NCBI GenBank assembly: GCA_963818475.1
Contig: CAWFSF010000006.1
Location: 256,001-320,000 of the forward strand
DNA: 64,000 nucleotides
Direction of reading: 5' to 3'
DNA from: Nitrospirota bacterium
Lineage (GTDB): Bacteria > Nitrospirota > UBA9217
Shown here: positions 1 through 10,191 of the stretch, one piece after another
How positions within the stretch are numbered: the stretch's first letter is position 1
Layout of the letters: the number at the start of each line of letters is the position of its first letter
Position numbers and translations under genes: made by a program
The notes under the pieces: model-generated
What the model was told of the DNA's origin: nothing
What the model saw: only the letters and a program-made list of their open reading frames with translations
Database searches by the model: none

Positions 1-266
1 GGCCATTTCACCATGCTCACGGTCTGCAGGCCGATGACGTCGACGATCATCTGAAAATATGCCCGGTCGTCGCGCAGATCGCCGTAGAGCTCCATGAGGG
101 GCATGAAGTCGACGATATGCAGGGGGTAGGGCGCATAGAACTCGGGATTGAAGTTCAGCCTGAGCCGAAGCGCGTGGCTGCCGCATCGCCGGAGCGGGAT
201 CATCAGCACCGGTCTCGGTCTGTTGCGTGATACGACTTCGCTCTGTTGCACGGTATGGTTCTCCAT
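1..266 (-). CDS. Sulfotransferase-family protein, 5' part (runs off the window start)
   Basis: Read by hand on the minus strand: MENHTVQQSEVVSRNRPRPVLMIPLRRCGSHALRLRLNFNPEF... RRCGSHALR resembles the PAPS-binding 5'-PSB loop. AAAGGAG RBS upstream. Divergent from cysQ/sat-cysC. Confidence 0.65.
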   Translation of the reverse strand, partial: MENHTVQQSEVVSRNRPRPVLMIPLRRCGSHALRLRLNFNPEFYAPYPLHIVDFMPLMELYGDLRDDRAYFQMIVDVIGLQTVSMVKW

Positions 267-384
267 GATGAACAGTCTCCTTTCACGTTTTCCCAGCAGT
301 CCTATGCACGAAAACGATCGGTACGTTTCGGCATCAAGTGCGACAAAATATATCACCCTCCCGCTGACAATACTACCTGCCTAG

Positions 385-424
385 ATGGGTAGGTACCCGT
401 ATGGGTAGGTACCCGTATGGGTAG
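385..424. promoter_or_regulatory. 2.5 tandem copies of 16-bp ATGGGTAGGTACCCGT in the divergent promoter region; probable operator array
   Basis: Direct repeats seen at 385, 401 and 417. The junctions form the near-palindrome TACCCGTATGGGTA. The regulatory role is inference. Confidence 0.5.
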
Positions 425-433
425 TTACGCACG

Positions 434-1255
434 GTGCAGGAATTGTGTACATTAATGCTAATCATGAACATGATCATGCAGGATCCAGACATGCTTAAGT
501 ATCTCGCGGACGCGGAACGCAAGGCTGGGGAGGCGATCCTGGGCGTCTACGGCAGTGCCGTGCAAGCGGAGCTCAAGGCCGACTCAAGCCCGGTGACCGC
601 GGCGGACCGGCTCTCTCACAAGGTCCTGGTGGATTATCTTGCCCTGACATCCTCCTTTCCGGTCCTGAGCGAAGAGGGGAAGGATGTCCCCTATGAGGTA
701 CGCAGACACTGGGAAACCTTCTGGCTCCTGGACCCGCTGGACGGGACCAAGGAGTTCATCAGCCGGAACGGAGAGTTCACGGTGAACGCGGCGCTCATCC
801 GCCGGGGACTGCCGGTCATGGGCGCCATCTACGCACCGGTGAAGGACCTGCTCTATACCGCGATCAAAGGCGGGGGCGCATACCGGACAGCGCATGGCGA
901 GACCGTCCGGCTCCCCGTCGATCACCGGCGAAAGGGCTGTGTCGTTGCAGGAAGCCGTTCCCACGCGTCCCGGGAGTTCGACGAGTACGTGCAGGCGCTC
1001 CGGGCCAGGCACGACGATCTTGTATTCCTGTCGGCCGGCAGCTCGCTGAAATTCTGTCTCGTGGCCGAAGGGGCCGCCGACCTGTATCCGCGCCTCGGGA
1101 CCACCATGGAATGGGACACCGCCGCGGGCCAGCTGATCGTGGAGGAGGCCGGGGGCCGGGTGGTGGAAGCGGCAAGCGGCAGGCCGCTTCGGTACAACAA
1201 AGCTGATCTGCGGAATCCTCATTTTATCGTCACCGGGAGGGAATGGCATGAATGA
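434..1255 (+). CDS. cysQ: 3'(2'),5'-bisphosphate nucleotidase CysQ (true start probably about 470-491)
   Basis: SPVTAAD, VLSEE, WLLDPLDGTKEF, GSSLKFC and EWDTAAG motifs. Confidence 0.95.
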   Translation: MQELCTLMLIMNMIMQDPDMLKYLADAERKAGEAILGVYGSAVQAELKADSSPVTAADRLSHKVLVDYLALTSSFPVLSEEGKDVPYEVRRHWETFWLLDPLDGTKEFISRNGEFTVNAALIRRGLPVMGAIYAPVKDLLYTAIKGGGAYRTAHGETVRLPVDHRRKGCVVAGSRSHASREFDEYVQALRARHDDLVFLSAGSSLKFCLVAEGAADLYPRLGTTMEWDTAAGQLIVEEAGGRVVEAASGRPLRYNKADLRNPHFIVTGREWHE

Positions 1256-3068
1256 GAAATCACTTATTGCGAAACTCGTGGCGCCTTACGGCGGGAAGCT
1301 GGTGGACCTCTTCGTTCCCGAAGGGGAGCGCGACATCTTCGTGCAGAGGGCGAAACACCTACCCTCCATCCAGATATCCTTTCGGTCGGTTTGCGACCTG
1401 GAACTGATGGCGGTCGGCGCCTTCTCACCCTTGGAGCGGTTCATGGGTGAGAAGGACTATCGTTCCGTGCTTCAGCACATGCGGATGGCCGACGGAACGC
1501 TCATGCCGATTCCCATTACCCTGCCTGCCGACAGTGTTGACGGTCTGACGATCGGCAAGGAGCTGGTGCTGCGAAGCCCGACGAACGAGATGTTGGCCAT
1601 CATGCTTCTGGAGGAGGTGTTTCCCTGGGACCTCGAACAGGAGTGCACCGCAGTGCTCAACACAACCGATTCGAGACACCCGCTGGTATCGGAGATGCAT
1701 ACCTGGGGCAGGCATTACCTGTCCGGGCCGCTGAGGGTACTGAACCTGCCTCGTTACAACGACTTTCCGGACCTGAGAAAGACGCCGGCCGAGGTCCGCA
1801 TGATGCTGGAGGCAATGGGGCGGGACCATGTGGTCGCCTACCAGCCGCGGCATCCCATGCACCGTGCCTACGAGGTCCTTACGAAAGCGGCCGCCGAGGA
1901 GACGGACGGATCGCTACTCATCCACCCCTTCGCCAGCATCACCGGGTACGGCGACCGGGAGCACTTCACGCGGGTGCGGTGCTACAGGACGCTCATCGAA
2001 AACCACTACGATCGCGGCCGGACGCTGATGAACCTCATCCCTCTCGCGGTGCGCATGGCGGGGCTCCGGGCCGGGCTGTGGCACGGCATCATCAACCGGA
2101 ATTACGGCGCCGACCACTTGCTCATCGGCGGCGATTCCCAAGGCCCCGGCAAGGATTCCCGCGGCAGGGCCTTGTACGCCTCCCGCGACGTCCAGGAGTT
2201 CTTTCGGGCACTTGAGAACGAGATCGGCGTACGCATAACCCCCCTTAAAGAAATGGTCTACCTGCCCCGAAAAGACCGGTTCGAAGCTGCCGATACGGTC
2301 GTGCACGGATCGGAAGAATACATCCGCGTATCGGCTGTGAAGGAGATCGAGGAATCCCTGTTCCGGGGTACGCTGCTTCCTGAATGGTTCACTCATCCGG
2401 AGGTGGCGCAGATCCTGTACGAGGCGAACCCGCCGAAGACGCGTCAGGGCTTTTGCGTCTGGCTCACCGGACTGCCGAGTTCGGGGAAGTCGACCATTGC
2501 CGATATCCTCGTGCCCCTGCTCATGGCCGCGGGCAAGAAGGTGACGCTTTTGGACGGAGACGTGGTGAGGACGCACCTGACCAAAGGCCTCGGTTTCAGC
2601 AAAGAGGACCGGATCACGAACATCCTGCGCGTCGGATTTGTTGCGTCCGAAGTGGTGCGGCACGAGGGTGTGGCGGTCTGCGCGCTGATCAGCCCCTTCG
2701 AGGTGGCCCGGGACCAGGTGCGAGCCCTCGTTGATGGGGAGCGGTTCATCGAGGTATTCGTGGACACGCCCGTTGCTGTCTGCGAAGTGCGGGATGTGAA
2801 GGGCATGTACACCATGGCGAAGAACGGCAAGATCAAGGGCTTCACCGGCGTCGACGATGCCTATGAGCCGCCCCGGTCGCCGGAACTCTGCATCGATACC
2901 ATCTCGATCTCGCCGGACCAGTGCGCCCGGATGATCATGACGCACCTGATGGAAAAAGGGTTCCTGCCGACGAACGGCAGGGAGGCGGCGCGGCAGGTCG
3001 TTCGACAGGACCTCGCGCGGACGATGAGCAACCGCCCGGAGAACGTGCAATGGCTGAAGCAGCCATGA
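1248..3068 (+). CDS. cysC: Sulfate adenylyltransferase-like domain fused to adenylyl-sulfate kinase (Sat-CysC)
   Basis: N-terminal PUA/ATP-sulfurylase fold (CDLELMAVGAFSPL). C-terminal kinase with GLPSSGKST, LLDGDVVR, RDVKGMY and FTGVDDAYE. Confidence 0.9.
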   Translation: MNEKSLIAKLVAPYGGKLVDLFVPEGERDIFVQRAKHLPSIQISFRSVCDLELMAVGAFSPLERFMGEKDYRSVLQHMRMADGTLMPIPITLPADSVDGLTIGKELVLRSPTNEMLAIMLLEEVFPWDLEQECTAVLNTTDSRHPLVSEMHTWGRHYLSGPLRVLNLPRYNDFPDLRKTPAEVRMMLEAMGRDHVVAYQPRHPMHRAYEVLTKAAAEETDGSLLIHPFASITGYGDREHFTRVRCYRTLIENHYDRGRTLMNLIPLAVRMAGLRAGLWHGIINRNYGADHLLIGGDSQGPGKDSRGRALYASRDVQEFFRALENEIGVRITPLKEMVYLPRKDRFEAADTVVHGSEEYIRVSAVKEIEESLFRGTLLPEWFTHPEVAQILYEANPPKTRQGFCVWLTGLPSSGKSTIADILVPLLMAAGKKVTLLDGDVVRTHLTKGLGFSKEDRITNILRVGFVASEVVRHEGVAVCALISPFEVARDQVRALVDGERFIEVFVDTPVAVCEVRDVKGMYTMAKNGKIKGFTGVDDAYEPPRSPELCIDTISISPDQCARMIMTHLMEKGFLPTNGREAARQVVRQDLARTMSNRPENVQWLKQP

Positions 3069-4297
3069 ACGAACAGGACATGACCGCGGCGGAACAGCGG
3101 CCCGCCGGTCCGGTATCGCTGGGATCGCTGTTCCTCACGTTCCTCAAGATCGGGAGCACCGCTTTCGGCGGCTTCATGGCGCTCATATCGGTCGTGCAGA
3201 ACTACGCCGTGGAGCGGAACAAACTGCTCAAACACGAGGACATGCTCGACGGCGTCTCGCTGGCCACGATCCTTCCCGGCCCGATCGCGGTGAACGTGGT
3301 AGCCTACGTGGGATACCGGGTGCGCGGCGCAATGGGCGCCCTGGTGAGCGTGGCGGGGGTGATCCTTCCGTCTTTCCTGCTCCTCGTGGGACTGAGCTAC
3401 GCCTACTTTCAGTTCGGCCAGTTGCCCGCAGTGGGGATGCTCTTCCTGGGGTTCATTCCCGCAGTAGCCGCCATCATTCTGGTGGCGGCATGGAACATGG
3501 GAAAGAAGGCGGTCCAGGGCATCCCTGAGTCGCTCATCGCCCTCACTGCCGCCGGCCTCCTCCTCGGCATCGGCGGTTTTCTGGTTATCCTCGGCATTAT
3601 CGCAGCGAGTGCGCTGGCGGGGTGGATGCTGTTCCGTAAAAGACCGTCCGGGACTGCGGGGAACGAGGCGCAGGCCGCTCGCCGCTCGCCCGAGAAGACG
3701 ACCGGTATCGGCGACCGTTCCCGGCTGCACAGCGCTGCCGCAGTCACCCTGCCGGGCGCTCCGTTCTTGAGCCTCAACGCGGCCGTGCTGGGCCAGCTCC
3801 TCATGACCTTCGGCGGCATGAGCGTACTGCTCTTCGGAGGCGGCTATGTGTTCATCCCGATGATCCAGCATGTCGTCGTGGACGGTTACGGGTGGGTCAC
3901 GCAGCAGGAGTTCATCGACGCCATCGCCCTGGGCCAGGTGACGCCGGGGCCCATCCTCATCAGCGCAGCCTTTATCGGCTACAAAGTGGCAGGCCTGGCC
4001 GGCGCTGTGGCGGCCACCGTCGGCATTTTCACACCGCCCGCGCTGGTTATGATCCTCTGCACAAGGTTCCTGGACCGCATTAACCGTTCGGTGGGCATAA
4101 GGGCGGGTTTGCGCGGCATCCGCCCGGCGGTGATCGGCATGATCGCCGCTGCCGGACTGACGGTGGCGCGAACGGCGCAGGTCAGTGGGGTATCCTTCCT
4201 GATCTTCGGCGCTGCCCTCCTCGCGCTGCTCCGGTTCAAGGTGGAGACCGCATGGATCATTCCCGCGGCAGGGATCGCAGGGTTGCTGCTGTACTGA
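3065..4297 (+). CDS. chrA: Long-chain chromate-ion transporter (CHR family)
   Basis: Two CHR halves (FLKIGSTAFGG...LPGP; LLFGGGY...GQVTPGP). ATG at 3065 overlaps the sat-cysC stop (ATGA). Confidence 0.9.
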   Translation: MNEQDMTAAEQRPAGPVSLGSLFLTFLKIGSTAFGGFMALISVVQNYAVERNKLLKHEDMLDGVSLATILPGPIAVNVVAYVGYRVRGAMGALVSVAGVILPSFLLLVGLSYAYFQFGQLPAVGMLFLGFIPAVAAIILVAAWNMGKKAVQGIPESLIALTAAGLLLGIGGFLVILGIIAASALAGWMLFRKRPSGTAGNEAQAARRSPEKTTGIGDRSRLHSAAAVTLPGAPFLSLNAAVLGQLLMTFGGMSVLLFGGGYVFIPMIQHVVVDGYGWVTQQEFIDAIALGQVTPGPILISAAFIGYKVAGLAGAVAATVGIFTPPALVMILCTRFLDRINRSVGIRAGLRGIRPAVIGMIAAAGLTVARTAQVSGVSFLIFGAALLALLRFKVETAWIIPAAGIAGLLLY

Positions 4298-4634
4298 GCC
4301 GTCCGCTCCGGCGGGAGCGAGCAAATCTCCTTATGCCAATGGCAATAAAAAGGCATGAGGTGTAAGCCGCAATGTACGAACAGGGCTTCCCCGGCCCTCG
4401 CTACAACCACAACTTACTTCTTCGACGGGTCCTCGACAGGCGAAACCGAGAAGAAAAAACCTATCAAACATTTGAATATGTACGATTACGGCATGTCAAA
4501 ACGTTCAAGGCTTTGGAGAATTACTGAACGGCGATTTGGTGACCTTGATGAACCAATAAATCGATCTAGGTAAAAATCGTTAGCTGATGCAGCGCAGGAC
4601 GCAGCGTTCCTGAAGCGGGCAAGAGGAGGTTTCT

Positions 4635-6001
4635 ATGGGCGTCATCATGCAGGCATTCTACTGGGATTGCCCCAGGATCGAGGGGAAAGAATTCGAGTGG
4701 TGGAACCATGTAAAGGGTGAAATTCCCGCATTGCAGTCCGCGGGTTTCACCGCGCTCTGGCTGCCTCCCGCTTCCAAGGCGGCGAACGTCGGCGGCATGT
4801 CGATGGGGTACGACGTCTACGACTACTACGACCTGGGGAAATACCCGCAGAAGGCGGTCAGAAAAATAAACGACAAGGACGAGGTCAGGACCTGGTTCGG
4901 CTCGGAAGAGGACCTGCGGTCCCTGATCAAGACCGCGCACGCAAAGGAGCTGAAGGTCTACGCGGACCTGGTCCTGAACCATAACAACGGCGCGGACGCC
5001 GAAGAGCTCAACCCGATCACGAACAAGACGCGGTGGACGCGCTTCACGCCCCAGAGCAAACTCTTCACCCGCGACTGGACCTGCTTCAACCCCTCGCCGT
5101 ACCGCGAATGCGGACAACGCCGCCTTCGGCGACATGCCCGACCTCTGCCACATCAACCCGCGCGTTTCGACCGGCATCCTCGAACCACGCCAAGTGGATG
5201 ATCGAGGAGATCGGTTTCGACGGCTTCCGCTACGACTTCGTCAAGGGCTTCGGCGCCTGGATCGTCCGGGCGATCCACGACCGGAGCTACACGCGCGGCA
5301 ACAGACCGGTGGAGCTCTTCGGCGTGGGCGAATGCTGGGCCGGCGACGATTACATCGACGGCTGGCTCGATGAGGTCAACAGCTGGGCCGCGCAGCGGGT
5401 CGGCGCGTTCGATTTCCCGCTCCGCTACCGGCTGAAGGAGCTCTGCGATTCCTACGGCTTCAGCCTGCGGCGGCTCGTCGAGGGCGGCGTGCTCATGAAG
5501 GACCGTCCCTTCGAGGCCGTGACCTTCGTGGACAACCACGACTTTCGCGGCGACGACAACCCGGGGATCGTGAACGACAAGATGCTTGCCTACGCCTTCA
5601 TCCTGACCCACGAGGGCTATCCCTGCGTGTTCTGGCAGGACTATTACGCATGGGGCCTTGGTAAGGCAGGAGAGCAGAACGGCATAGCGGCCCTCGTAAG
5701 GGTGCATGAAGACCACGCAGGCGGCGAAACGTCCGTCCTCTACGTCGACGACAACCTCTACGTCATGCAGAGGAACGGCTTCGGAGCGCAGAAGGGATTG
5801 ATCTTTGTCCTGAACAACCGGGGGGATGCATGGAACGGGGCATGGGTCGGGACGCAATGGAAAAACACCCAATTCGTTCCCGTTGCATGGTGCGGACGCG
5901 ATGATGCCCGCATTCCGCAGGTGCAGCAGACCCAGGAGGACGGATCGGGAGAGTTTTCCGCGCCGCCGAGGGGATATGCGGTGTATGTGCCGCGGGAATA
6001 A
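4635..6001 (+). CDS. Alpha-amylase, GH13 (frameshift near 5110)
   Basis: MQAFYW, WLPP, GYDVYDYYDLG, DLVLNH, DGFRYDFVK, VGECW and FVDNHD are split over ORFs 4635-5201 and 5033-6001. Confidence 0.9.
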
Positions 6002-6134
6002 GAGCAGATCGTTTTTCGATGATTATTGAACGATACGGTCCTAAATCGGCATCCTTTCGGAGCCGTGCGGTTGCTCGTAAGAATTTGGCAGAGGCATTCC
6101 GGCAGGTCCAGGGAAGCCAAGGTGGCCCCAGTAC

Positions 6135-6167
6135 AGTCAACTGGTCGACAAGTGACCCTAAATTACC
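6135..6167 (+). repeat. Array site, right arm AGTCAA-N12-TGACCCT
   Basis: GGTCGACAAGTGACCCTAAATTACC (6143) is nearly identical to GGTCGAGAAGTGACCCTAAATGACC (8577). Confidence 0.7.
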
Positions 6168-6209
6168 CGAGAGGGAATGACCGTCGGCTTTTCAAAGGAG
6201 GGAAACAAC

Positions 6210-8489
6210 GTGATAAAAAGAAAAACGCGTACGAAAAAAACTGAAGAGTCCTTGCCCGAAATTATCGTCAAGTTTAAAGAGGGAGGAGCGCTGGAGGAAC
6301 AAAGAGGAATGCTCAGGGCCGAGCACCTCTCTCTCGATAGGTTTCATAAGACTATAAAAACGGCAAAAGGTGCCCGGGTTCGGCGGAGTTTTCCGGGAGA
6401 GATCAAATTGCTGCATGAGATGCATGATAAGGCAAGCAGGAATCTCGGCCGCCCCATCCTACATTTGGACCTGTTTGTGCGAGTTCGACTTAGGCAAACC
6501 GTCGATGTTGAGGCGTTCATAAAAGCACTATCGGACGATCCCGAGGCGGAATATGCCTGTTTGGCGGGGGTGCCAGGACCTCCCCCTCAAACGCCGGATT
6601 ACAGCGGTCAACAGGATTATCAGGATCCGGCGCCTGATGGCATTGATGCGTCGTATGCCTGGTTTTTCCCCGGAGGGAACGGCGCCGGCATCCAGGTCTG
6701 CGATTGTGAGTACGGCTTCAATCAAAGTCACGAAGATTTGCCGGCCGTCGTTGTAGTGTCCAACCGGGCCAATGACCTGACGTCGTATGCCGATCACGGC
6801 ACGGCGGTGCTGGGGGAACTGGCCGCGCGATCCGACGGCAAAGGTGTGACCGGCATCGGTCATGGAGCATCATACCTGTTTGCATCCGAGACTGGAGGCC
6901 ACAGAACAGACTGTATAACCGATGCCGTAGCCGCGCTCCTCCCCGGAGACGTCTTGATTTTGGAAATGCAAACAGGGTTGCCCTATAAACCTGCAGAATA
7001 TGACCCCGATGTTCATGCGGCGGTCACTACGGCGGTCGGGTTGGGTATAGTCGTCGTTGCGGCGGCCGGCAACGGTTCCGTTGATCTCACGACAGCGGCA
7101 AATGCAAATGGAAAATATATTTGGGACCCGTCTAGCGCCGATTTCGATGATTCAGGCGCGGTAATCGTCGGAGCTGGCGGTTCGATTACTAATGCCGATC
7201 CCCACTCGAAGCTGTGGTTCTCCAACTACGGGGTCCGCGTAAACTGCCAAGGATGGGGACAAAATGTCGTCACCGCCGGTTACGGCGCCCTATACAATGG
7301 CGGCGCGAACGCAATGTATACGGACTCGTTTAACGGCACGTCGAGCGCTACCCCTATCGTGGCCGGCGCGGTGGCCTGCCTTCAAGGGGCCGCCAGGCAG
7401 GCTTTGGGCATTCCGCTGTCCTCAAGCACTGTTCGCAGCGTAATTTCAGATCCGGCGAACGGCACGCCGCAGGCGAGTTCGACCGCATACCCCGCCACCA
7501 CCTATCCGATCGGACCGTTGCCGGACCTTAGGCGAGCGCTGCGCGCGGCCGGTATTTATCCCGATATTTACTTGCGTGATAACGTCGCCGACACGGGATC
7601 CGAGCCGTATATGGGAGGCGTTCTTTGCTGCAGCCCTGACATTATTTCCCGAAAGGGTCCCGTTGCCGATCCGTCGGCCGATTTCGGTCCGGCTGCATGG
7701 GGAGACGCAAATCTCGGAGAAAACATTGAATTCGGCCAGGACAATTATGTGTATGTCAGAATGCATAACCGGGGCAATGCTCCTGACGACGTAACAATCG
7801 TTGTTTACTGGACGAACGCCAGCGGGTTCATATATCCTGCTACCTGGAACATACTCGGTACGTTAAATGTCAACAACGTGCTGCCGGGAGAACACAGGGT
7901 GGCCGGCCCGATCATTTGGCCGGCCGCGCAAGTCCCGCCGGTAGGGCATTATTGTATGATCGGCGTGGTAAACTCCGTGCGCGACCCGGTCGCTGTCCCC
8001 GGCACATTTGCATCGGTGTCCGAATACCTCGATTTCGTACGAAATCACAACAATATATGCTATCGCAACGCAGACGTCGTGGATGCAGTTCCAGGTGCTC
8101 CAGCGCCGCCCTATACGTTTTTTCTGCGGGGGCTGCCCGACCAAGCCGCGCATTTTCGTCTGGAAATTCGGCACCGGCTTCCCAAAGATGCGCAGGCCGC
8201 GGTAGAAGTCGGAAAGAGTTTGAGGGGATTCGAGCGAATGGAAGAAGTAAGGAAGAAAAATGCGTTGATCCGCTATTTGGCGCCGAAGACGCTCCTGCCG
8301 ATCAAGGAAGGCGTGCCGTTAATCATAGATGAAATACCGCTGAAGATGAAAGAGGAAGTCCCCGTAAAAATATATGTTGAAATGCCGAAGAACGCTCCGC
8401 GTGGAGATTATATGATCTATGCCGACCAGTATCTCCGGGAAAAGCATCTGGGCCGCGTGAATTATATACTTCGGGTAAGAAAAAACTAA
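6210..8489 (+). CDS. Subtilisin-like S8 serine peptidase with C-terminal beta-rich domain
   Basis: Catalytic D (DCEYG), H (DHGTAVLG), oxyanion N (AAAGNG) and S (FNGTSSATP). GGAGG RBS before GTG at 6210. No obvious signal peptide. Confidence 0.9.
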   Translation: MIKRKTRTKKTEESLPEIIVKFKEGGALEEQRGMLRAEHLSLDRFHKTIKTAKGARVRRSFPGEIKLLHEMHDKASRNLGRPILHLDLFVRVRLRQTVDVEAFIKALSDDPEAEYACLAGVPGPPPQTPDYSGQQDYQDPAPDGIDASYAWFFPGGNGAGIQVCDCEYGFNQSHEDLPAVVVVSNRANDLTSYADHGTAVLGELAARSDGKGVTGIGHGASYLFASETGGHRTDCITDAVAALLPGDVLILEMQTGLPYKPAEYDPDVHAAVTTAVGLGIVVVAAAGNGSVDLTTAANANGKYIWDPSSADFDDSGAVIVGAGGSITNADPHSKLWFSNYGVRVNCQGWGQNVVTAGYGALYNGGANAMYTDSFNGTSSATPIVAGAVACLQGAARQALGIPLSSSTVRSVISDPANGTPQASSTAYPATTYPIGPLPDLRRALRAAGIYPDIYLRDNVADTGSEPYMGGVLCCSPDIISRKGPVADPSADFGPAAWGDANLGENIEFGQDNYVYVRMHNRGNAPDDVTIVVYWTNASGFIYPATWNILGTLNVNNVLPGEHRVAGPIIWPAAQVPPVGHYCMIGVVNSVRDPVAVPGTFASVSEYLDFVRNHNNICYRNADVVDAVPGAPAPPYTFFLRGLPDQAAHFRLEIRHRLPKDAQAAVEVGKSLRGFERMEEVRKKNALIRYLAPKTLLPIKEGVPLIIDEIPLKMKEEVPVKIYVEMPKNAPRGDYMIYADQYLREKHLGRVNYILRVRKN

Positions 8490-8518
8490 ACAGTTATGCG
8501 CCTTCTGGAGGAACCTAT

Positions 8519-8601
8519 AGGTGTCACCTTCCGATACTTGACAAGCATGAGTACGTTTGAGGCAAAAAACATCAAAGGTCGAGAAGTGACCCTAAATGAC
8601 C
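8519..8601. repeat. Array site, complete hairpin: AGGTGTCA-N11-TTGACA ... CATCAA-N11-TGACCCT
   Basis: Left arm 8519-8543 and right arm 8570-8593 are imperfectly complementary. Confidence 0.7.
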
Positions 8602-8611
8602 TCACGATGAT

Positions 8612-8770
8612 TTCTGGACGATCATCTCTATATCATGCAGAGGAGAGGCCTCGGCGCACAGAAGGGATTTTGTCATGAACAACCGGGGGGACGCGTGGAA
8701 CGGGACATGGGTAGAGACGCAATGGAAAAACACGAAATTCGTTCCTGCTGCATGGGGTGGCCGCGATGCG
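8612..8770 (+). pseudogene. Diverged duplicate fragment of the alpha-amylase 3' region
   Basis: Aligns by eye with about 5742-5903 (ATGCAGAGG..GCAGAAGGGATT..TGAACAACCGGGGGGA..TGGAACGGG..ACGCAATGGAAAAACAC) with an indel. Confidence 0.85.
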
Positions 8771-8995
8771 GAAACCGCTGCTACGTAATTAGCGCACCGC
8801 CTGGCTGGATCAGTACTTCGATGCGAGCGGAGAAAATAAAACCGCTCAGTTGAAATTCTGGATGCAAGCAGCCGGATGAGGAAGCATAGGGTCAAGATGC
8901 ATATATAAGCTGACATTCAGCATTTAAGAGTTTCAGAATTAAATTCTCCATCGTGAGGGAGTGGCTGAATAAAAGCAAGCGAGAGGTCTAAACTA

Positions 8996-10117
8996 ATGAA
9001 ATACACCCTCTGCATTACTCAACAATGTAATCTCCGGTGCACATATTGCTACATCGGCAAGAAGAACGCCCGGATGTCGCTTGCTCTCGCGAAGGATGTC
9101 ATCGACTTTATATTCAACAAAACCGCAGCGGGAGAAAAGATCCATTTTGGCTTCTTCGGCGGAGAGCCGCTCCTTGAATTTGAACTTCTTCGGACCATTA
9201 CGGAGATGGCAGAAGATCACCCGGCTTATCATAAGGAACTGTTTGAAATGACGGTTGTGTCAAACGGAACGATTTTTTCAAAAGAGATAGCCGACTTCCT
9301 GAAGGCCCACGACATCAGTTTGTGCATAAGTTGTGACGGACCGCCCTTTGTCCAGGACACGTTCAGACGCTTTGCGAGCGGGGAGGGAAGTTCGGCGGTT
9401 GTTGAAAGGAACTTGAAAACAGCTATCGAAATGCTGCCCTCTGTCATTGTGAATGCAGTCTACCACCCAAAGACACTTCTATTTCTTCCTCAAGTCGTTG
9501 AATATTTTTCCGACCTTGGGCTCCGGCAGATATACCTGAGTCCCGATTTTTCAGCGTTGTGGTCCAAGAGCGACGCTGATCGACTTCCCGAAATTTACAG
9601 TTCAGTCGCTGAGCAGTACATGAAACACTATCTTGCCGGAAGGCCTCGCTTCATCAGCTTGATTGACAGCAAAATTATCGTTCTCATGCGTGGCGGATAC
9701 GATCCTCGCGAGCGGTGCAGAATGGGAAAAGGGGAGTTTGCCTTTACGCCCTCGGGCAACATCTATCCTTGCGAGCGTCTCATCGAGAATGATTCGGGGG
9801 AGCACTGCATAGGCAACATTCGCACGAAAGTGCATGGAGAGAGGATGTCCTGCAAGGTCGCGCCTGCGCAGGAAGGGAACCGTGAATGCCTCTCCTGCGG
9901 GGTCCGGGATTATTGCATGAACTGGTGCGGCTGCTCTAATTATTTCTCGACTGGTTATTACAACCGGGTGGGGCCATTCCTGTGCGCTTCAGAAAGAGCG
10001 GCCATACAAACTGCGTTCTCGGTCTTCCGGACCCTTGAGAGAGAACTCGGTCCGACCTTTATTGATCACTTGACCGGTACGCCGATACTCGAAGGGAAGG
10101 AGGTGGAGCGAAGATAA
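8996..10117 (+). CDS. Radical SAM/SPASM-domain protein (anSME/peptide-maturase-like)
   Basis: CNLRCTYC, FFGGEPLL, and SPASM cysteines C..G....PSGNIYPC...CLSC...YCMNWCGC...C. Confidence 0.92.
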   Translation: MKYTLCITQQCNLRCTYCYIGKKNARMSLALAKDVIDFIFNKTAAGEKIHFGFFGGEPLLEFELLRTITEMAEDHPAYHKELFEMTVVSNGTIFSKEIADFLKAHDISLCISCDGPPFVQDTFRRFASGEGSSAVVERNLKTAIEMLPSVIVNAVYHPKTLLFLPQVVEYFSDLGLRQIYLSPDFSALWSKSDADRLPEIYSSVAEQYMKHYLAGRPRFISLIDSKIIVLMRGGYDPRERCRMGKGEFAFTPSGNIYPCERLIENDSGEHCIGNIRTKVHGERMSCKVAPAQEGNRECLSCGVRDYCMNWCGCSNYFSTGYYNRVGPFLCASERAAIQTAFSVFRTLERELGPTFIDHLTGTPILEGKEVERR

Positions 10118-10191
10118 ATTAAATTGCCCTAGGGTTTTTCGGGAGGAGAAGCAATAGCGTGTCGTGAATGTACAAAAGAAGGAGGTGTAAC

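Noticed and set aside
1914-4324. Long antisense ORFs (378 aa and 487 aa) and similar shadow ORFs elsewhere
   Set aside because: They lie opposite well-supported genes in GC-rich DNA and have no recognisable motifs.
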